A model generated the notes under the pieces. It was not told the origin of the DNA and searched no databases. It worked only from the letters and a program-made list of their open reading frames with translations. A DNA stretch of 63,838 bases, the filler included, from Porpidia crustulata (Eukaryota), in NCBI GenBank assembly GCA_964255105.1. It is 6 parts of 6 records of this genome, joined end to end, with 100 filler letters (N's around TTAATTAATTAA, not from the genome) between each part and the next. Parts side by side here need not be neighbours in the genome. Positions count along the whole stretch, not along the records: positions 53,306 to 63,838 come from CAXUWE010000760.1; 5 more parts are not named here. One strand, given 5' to 3'. Positions 58,320-63,838 of this stretch are shown here, piece after piece; position 1 is the first letter of the stretch, and each line of letters starts with the position of its first letter. Made by a program: the position numbers and the translations under genes.

Positions 58320-60644
58320 ATGAGCGAAGGAGACGCGCAGCCTCCTACCATGGTGGTGGCAGAGGCCCACAACATAGGTCAGAATGGACATAGATTGGAG
58401 CGAGTGCATGAACGCTATGCTGATCTATGGCTTAGATACCTACCATGTTCCCAAGCAAATGTTTGAGTGAGTACCCAAGCTGTCGAGCATCCAAAAGGAT
58501 AAATGCTGAGTCCGAGCAGCAAGCATCCCTCAAAACCTCACTTGGACGGCATCGATGAGTATAAAAAACTGTATCAAGAGTCCATTGAGGACCCAGATAA
58601 GTTCTGGGGAAAAATGGCACGGGAAATTCTCACGTGGGAGCGGGATTTTCAAACCGTCCATGCGGGGACTTTCACCCACGGTGACAATGCATGGTTCCTG
58701 GAGGGCAGACTCAACGCTTCGTTCAACTGTGTCGACCGCCACGCCATCAAGACCCCCGATAAGCCAGCCATCATCTACGAGGCTGACGAGGCTGGCGAGG
58801 GGCGGACCATCACATACGGCGAGCTCCTCCGGGAAGTCTCGAGACTTGCCTATGTCCTTAAGCAGATGGGCGTCAAGAAGGGCGACACTGTTGCAATTTA
58901 CCTCCCCATGATTCCCGAAGCCTTGATAGCTTTCCTCGCATGTTCTCGAGTTGGGGCGGTGCATTCTGTGGTCTTCGCTGGATTCTCGGCAGGCTCTCTG
59001 CGAGATCGTGTAATCGATGCCCAGTCGAAAGTAGTCATCACTAGCGATGAGGGTAAGCGAGGCGGCAAGGTCATTGCAACAAAGAAAATCGTCGACGATG
59101 CCTTGAACCAGTGCCCGGATGTTTCTCATTGCTTGGTTTTCAAGCGTACTGGTGCCGATGTGCCATGGACCAAGAATAGAGATTGGTGGTGGCACGAGGA
59201 GGTGGAGAAGTACCCAAATTACATCACACCGGAGCCCATGAATTCAGAGGACCCGCTTTTCCTGCTTTACACATCTGGATCCACCGGAAAACCAAAGGGC
59301 GTAATGCATACTACCGCTGGATACCTGTTAGGAGCAGCCGCGACTGGGAAATACGTTTTCGATATCCATCCAAACGATAAATTCTTCTGCGCCGGTGACG
59401 TTGGCTGGATCACTGGACATACCTACGTGGTGTATGCGCCGCTTTTGCTTGGAGTCGCTACCGTTGTCTTCGAAGGCACTCCGGCGTATCCCAATTTCTC
59501 CCGCTACTGGGAAGTCGTTGACAAGCATGAGGTCACACAGTTCTATGTGGCACCGACTGCACTAAGATTACTCAAACGAGCCGGTGATTCGCATGCGAAG
59601 CATCCGATGAAGCATCTCCGAGTGCTCGGATCTGTGGGTGAACCCATCGCCGCAGAAGTATGGAAATGGTATTTTGAGATTGTAGGAAAGGAGGAAGCTC
59701 ACATCGTGGACGTAAGTCAAAACCAAGCCCCCCTATGTAGTTGACTAAACTAATCGACATGTTAGACATACTGGCAAACCGAGACTGGTTCGCATGTGAT
59801 CACACCCCTTGGAGGCGTAACACCCACCAAACCTGGAAGCGCATCATTGCCTTTCTTCGGCATTGAGCCTGCCATCATTGACCCTGTCTCGGGTGAAGAG
59901 ATTCACGGAAACGATGTAGAGGGTGTATTGGCAATCAAGAAGCCGTGGCCTAGCATGGCTCGCACGGTTTGGGGTGCACATAAGAGATACATGGACACCT
60001 ACCTCAACGTATATCCCGGCTACTACGTGAGTGTCACTTGCTTATTTTGTGCATAGTCACTGAGGAAAAACAGTTCACGGGAGATGGTGCCGGCCGTGAC
60101 CATGAGGGTTACTATTGGATACGCGGCCGTGTTGATGACGTGGTCAACGTTTCTGGCCATAGACTGTCAACAGCGGAGATCGAGGCAGCTCTCCTTGAGC
60201 ATCGTTAGTACACCCACCAAAGGTGAATTTGCAATGCTGATGAAGTCGTAGACCAAGTTGCCGAAGCTGCAGTCGTTGGCATCAACGATGAGCTTTCGGG
60301 CCAGGCCGTGAACGCCTTTGTATCCCTCAAGGAAGGCAATGAGACCAGCGACCAGGTCCGCAAAGATCTTGTCCTTCAAGTGCGGAAATCCATTGGACCT
60401 TTTGCTGCTCCCAAGGCCGTCTTCGTGGTCGATGATCTACCCAAAACCCGGTCGGGTAAGATCATGCGGCGTATTCTACGTAAAATCTTGTCGGGAGAAG
60501 AAGATTCCCTTGGAGATATCTCCACGGTGCGTGCAAATATCAACGAGCCACTGTACTGTGCACTGACGGCGTGATGCGTAGCTTTCCGACCCGAGCGTGG
60601 TAGAAACGATCATCGAGATAGTGCAGGCATCGCGCAAGAAGTGA
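58320..60644 (+). CDS. facA: Acetyl-CoA synthetase (multi-exon)
   Basis: [75 protein letters not shown]. Confidence 0.97.
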
Positions 60645-61543
60645 ATGAGTCGTTGTTGGGACATGATATATGGTCAAGCTTGGATCCTACTCACGCTCAA
60701 TTCTTGTATATCTGGCGGCGTTTGGTCGCAGTTCGATGTAGGCCTAACCAAGGCAGCTATCAGATTTGAATCCTGTCAGAGAACATCAATAGTGACACAG
60801 ACGTGTATTCGCTTTCTCGTGCTTCACCCCTCTACCCGAGCCTAATGTTATGCTTGCCAACAGAAAGGCCGCTGAAGCATCGAATGTCAAACGGAAGAAG
60901 TTGCAGATTCGACGATTTACCGCCGTGTATGGGAACCAATCATAATGCATTGTCACTCTCCCGGCCAACATACCCCCTACAGTTCCCATAGGTATCTCTC
61001 GACTGTGTACCTACATTACGTGCTTATGCACTACCCTCGTACAGTAAGCTCAGAGATTCGTAATCGGGGGGGATCTGGAAAAGAATAAACGAGACACAAC
61101 AGGCGTCGGAAGCATAGCCACCACTGCTCTGCCTCTGCCCGTGTTATTCCTTCACTTCTATATCGAACTCTAGCATTGAATACCTGTGACCACCTACATC
61201 CTGAATTATTGTGAACTCGCTCGTTACGCTTCACTATCGTTGTTGTTCAGTACAAAGTGTTTGTCATTCTGCAGGCTGTAGATTTTCCTTCCCGCATAGA
61301 CATACGAAGTGCTTGCGCGGCACAACCACTAAACGGAACCCTGGGTGTGCCGGCTGACATCTGGCCCAAGAGATCGGATAATAAGACTACAAACCGTTCT
61401 CTACCACTATTCGATTACCCTCATTTGTTCCTCGTTACTGTTTACTTGGACTCGTTTGGGCTGCTACTTGAAGCTGAGTGGCGCCTTGCGAGTATTCCTT
61501 CAGCGCAGTTGTGAGACTGTCGCTGTCCTTTACTAATCACATT

Positions 61544-63838
61544 ATGAGAGTGCCATGGCGATTACCAGCAATCTCCAGCATTCTCTGCCTATTCTTTCTT
61601 TCTGTACATGGTAGGCATTCCTTGACCCTCACTGCAAGTCTGTCATGCTTACATATAATTGCAGCGAGTTCTCGGAGTAGGGAACCTTTAAATTACCTGT
61701 CATTAATCGAAAATCCCGAGATACGAACACCTTCGCATCGAGTGCATGCTGCGTCGCATTTCGACATACATTTCAATCTCCATCGGAGTCAACAGCGAAT
61801 AAAGCTCACCCTAGAACCTAATCACGACATTATACCCGAGGGAGCGACGGTGCAATACTTGAATTCAGCGGGGGAGATCGTTAGATCGCAGCAGATCATT
61901 CGAGACGACCACAAGGTCTTCAGGGGTGATGCGTGGATTCAGAGCCATGATGGAAGTTGGACAAACGTGGGATGGGCCAGGATAGTGGTCCGAAGAGATG
62001 GAGTTGACCCTCTGTTCGAGGGAGCCTTTACAATCATGCACGATAATCACCACATTCAGCTACGTTCCTACTACATGTCTACCAAGCATGATCTCGACCC
62101 GGATGTCGAGCATAGCGACGATGAATATATGGTCATATTTAGGGACTCGGATATAGGGAAGATGGGTCACATAGATCTGAAGCGATCAGAAAAGAAGGAA
62201 TTTTCTTGCAATTCAAATAAATTATCCTTCAACTCGGACCCTCAGCATCCTATATTTGCGCCGAAGCTAAAGCGCGATGTCGGATTCTGGGGAGCTGTGC
62301 CTGTCAACTCCTTATTTGGAAAGCGGCAAATTGATACGGCTGGCATACCGACTGGGGGTAACTCTGCTGGTGTCAACTTGAAGGATAGTATCGGGAGCAC
62401 CCAGGGCTGCTCATTGAGCCGAAGGGTTGCCCTGGTAGGTGTGGCTACCGATTGCACCTACACTGGAACCTTTAATTCGACGCAGAGTGCCCATGCCAAC
62501 GTCATCACCCAGATGAATACCGCGTCGAGCCTTTATGAGAAGAGTTTCAACATAACGCTTGGACTTAAAGACCTCACCGTCTTGGAAGGTTCATGTCCCG
62601 GTGCACCTCCTCCAGCAACGCCGTGGAATATTGGATGTGGTGGCGCCAATTCATCCATCACAGACCGACTTAATACTTTCTCTCAGTGGCGAGGTCAAAG
62701 AAAAGATCAGAATTCCCACTGGACTCTTTTGACGAATTGCAACACTGGCCCAGAAGTCGGTCTAGCATGGCTTGGGCAAGCGTGCGTTACCGATGTCAAT
62801 AACGCGCCTGGGGAAATCGTCAGTGGTGCAAATGTTGTAGCCAAGACCTCGACCGAGTGGCAAGTCATTGCTCATGAAACTGGCCACACCTTTGGAGCAG
62901 TACATGACTGCGATCAATCGACTTGTTCAAATAATAATGCCGTCAATGCGCAGCAGTGTTGTCCTCTCAGCGCAAGTAACTGCGATGCCGGGTCTCAATA
63001 CATAATGAATCCTTCCACGGGAAATGGCATCTCGCAGTTTAGCCCTTGTTCCATCGGCAACATTTGTTCCGCCATTGGCCGTAATAGCGTGAATACTACT
63101 TGTCTCCAGAACAATAAAGGCGTGGTGACCATTTCCGGCAACCAATGCGGTAATGGCATTGTGGAAGAAGGTGAGGACTGTGATTGCGGAGGCACAGCCA
63201 GTTGCGGCAATAATCAATGCTGCGACCCAACTACCTGCAAATTCAAGAACAATGCCGTATGTGACGACTCGAACGAAGACTGCTGCAAAGGGTGCAAGTT
63301 CGCTTCCTCTGGCACAGTCTGCCGTGCCAGCACCGGCACCTGCGACCCCCAAGAAACCTGCTCAGGGACCAACGCAACATGCCCGTCCGATCAGACCGCA
63401 CCCAACGGCCAAAGCTGTGGGAATAGCTCGGTGTCTCTTCAATGCGCGAGCGGGCAATGCACATCCAGGGATAAGCAATGCAAGACCCTGATGGGATCAT
63501 ACACCGCCAAAAACGACACCTATGCCTGCAACAGCCAGGACTGCACACTCTCCTGCGCATCTCCGGAGTTTGGACTAGGTGTCTGCTACAGCATGCAGCA
63601 GAACTTCTTGGACGGTACCGTCTGCGGCGGCGGTGGATCCTGTGTCAACGTAAGTCCTACGACCCTTCAAACCCCCCCACTCCTATCACCAACCTCCCCC
63701 TCATTTGCTAACACTGCACCAGGGCCAATGCAAAGGCTCCTCGGTCGCCAAAGAAGTCGGCTCCTGGATTCACGATAACCGCAACCTCGTGATCGGCATC
63801 GCCTGCGGCATCGGTGGCCTCCTCCTCCTCTCCATCCT
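61544..63838 (+). CDS. ADAM-family zinc metalloprotease/disintegrin, 3' truncated
   Basis: Signal peptide, prodomain with KR sites, HETGHTFGAVHD zinc motif, Met-turn YIMNP, disintegrin CGNGIVEEGEDCDCG..CCDPTTCKF..CRASTGTCDPQETCSG, Cys-rich domain, start of a TM helix at the window end. Confidence 0.95.

Overview
Fungal (Pezizomycotina ascomycete; short GT-AG introns with CTRAY branch sites) nuclear DNA. It is not one locus: six unrelated ~10.5 kb contigs (1-10589, 10690-21254, 21355-31911, 32012-42559, 42660-53205, 53306-63838) are sorted by decreasing length and joined by artificial 100-nt N-TTAATTAATTAA-N linkers. Most content is housekeeping genes: Bir1, Tam41, gamma-tubulin, a DUF676 lipase, Rex3, Atp17, Rex4, CFA synthase, uridine kinase, Gid8, Eco1, Mrh4, Bud4, Srp72, a Mug190-like C2 protein, GlcNAc-6-P deacetylase, acetyl-CoA synthetase and an ADAM protease. 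Accessory genes include F-box-like/ankyrin, HeLo-like/ankyrin, CFEM, MRJP/yellow and a Cys-rich protein interrupted by one in-frame TAG. The most notable unannotated signals are (1) two box C/D snoRNAs in consecutive GID8 introns, one SNORD79-like and one double-guide with a 15-nt LSU guide; (2) a 257-bp MITE with perfect 29-bp CAC...GTG TIRs and a near 5-bp TSD, resembling Transib ends, just upstream of ECO1; (3) a 12-bp minisatellite whose variation looks synonymous in an (x-A-L-x)n frame; (4) a hairpin overlapping the branch point in the deacetylase intron; (5) an in-frame retainable intron in BUD4; (6) a GC-AG intron in gamma-tubulin. I cannot support a complete novel multi-gene system. 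All family assignments come from motif recognition, not database searches.
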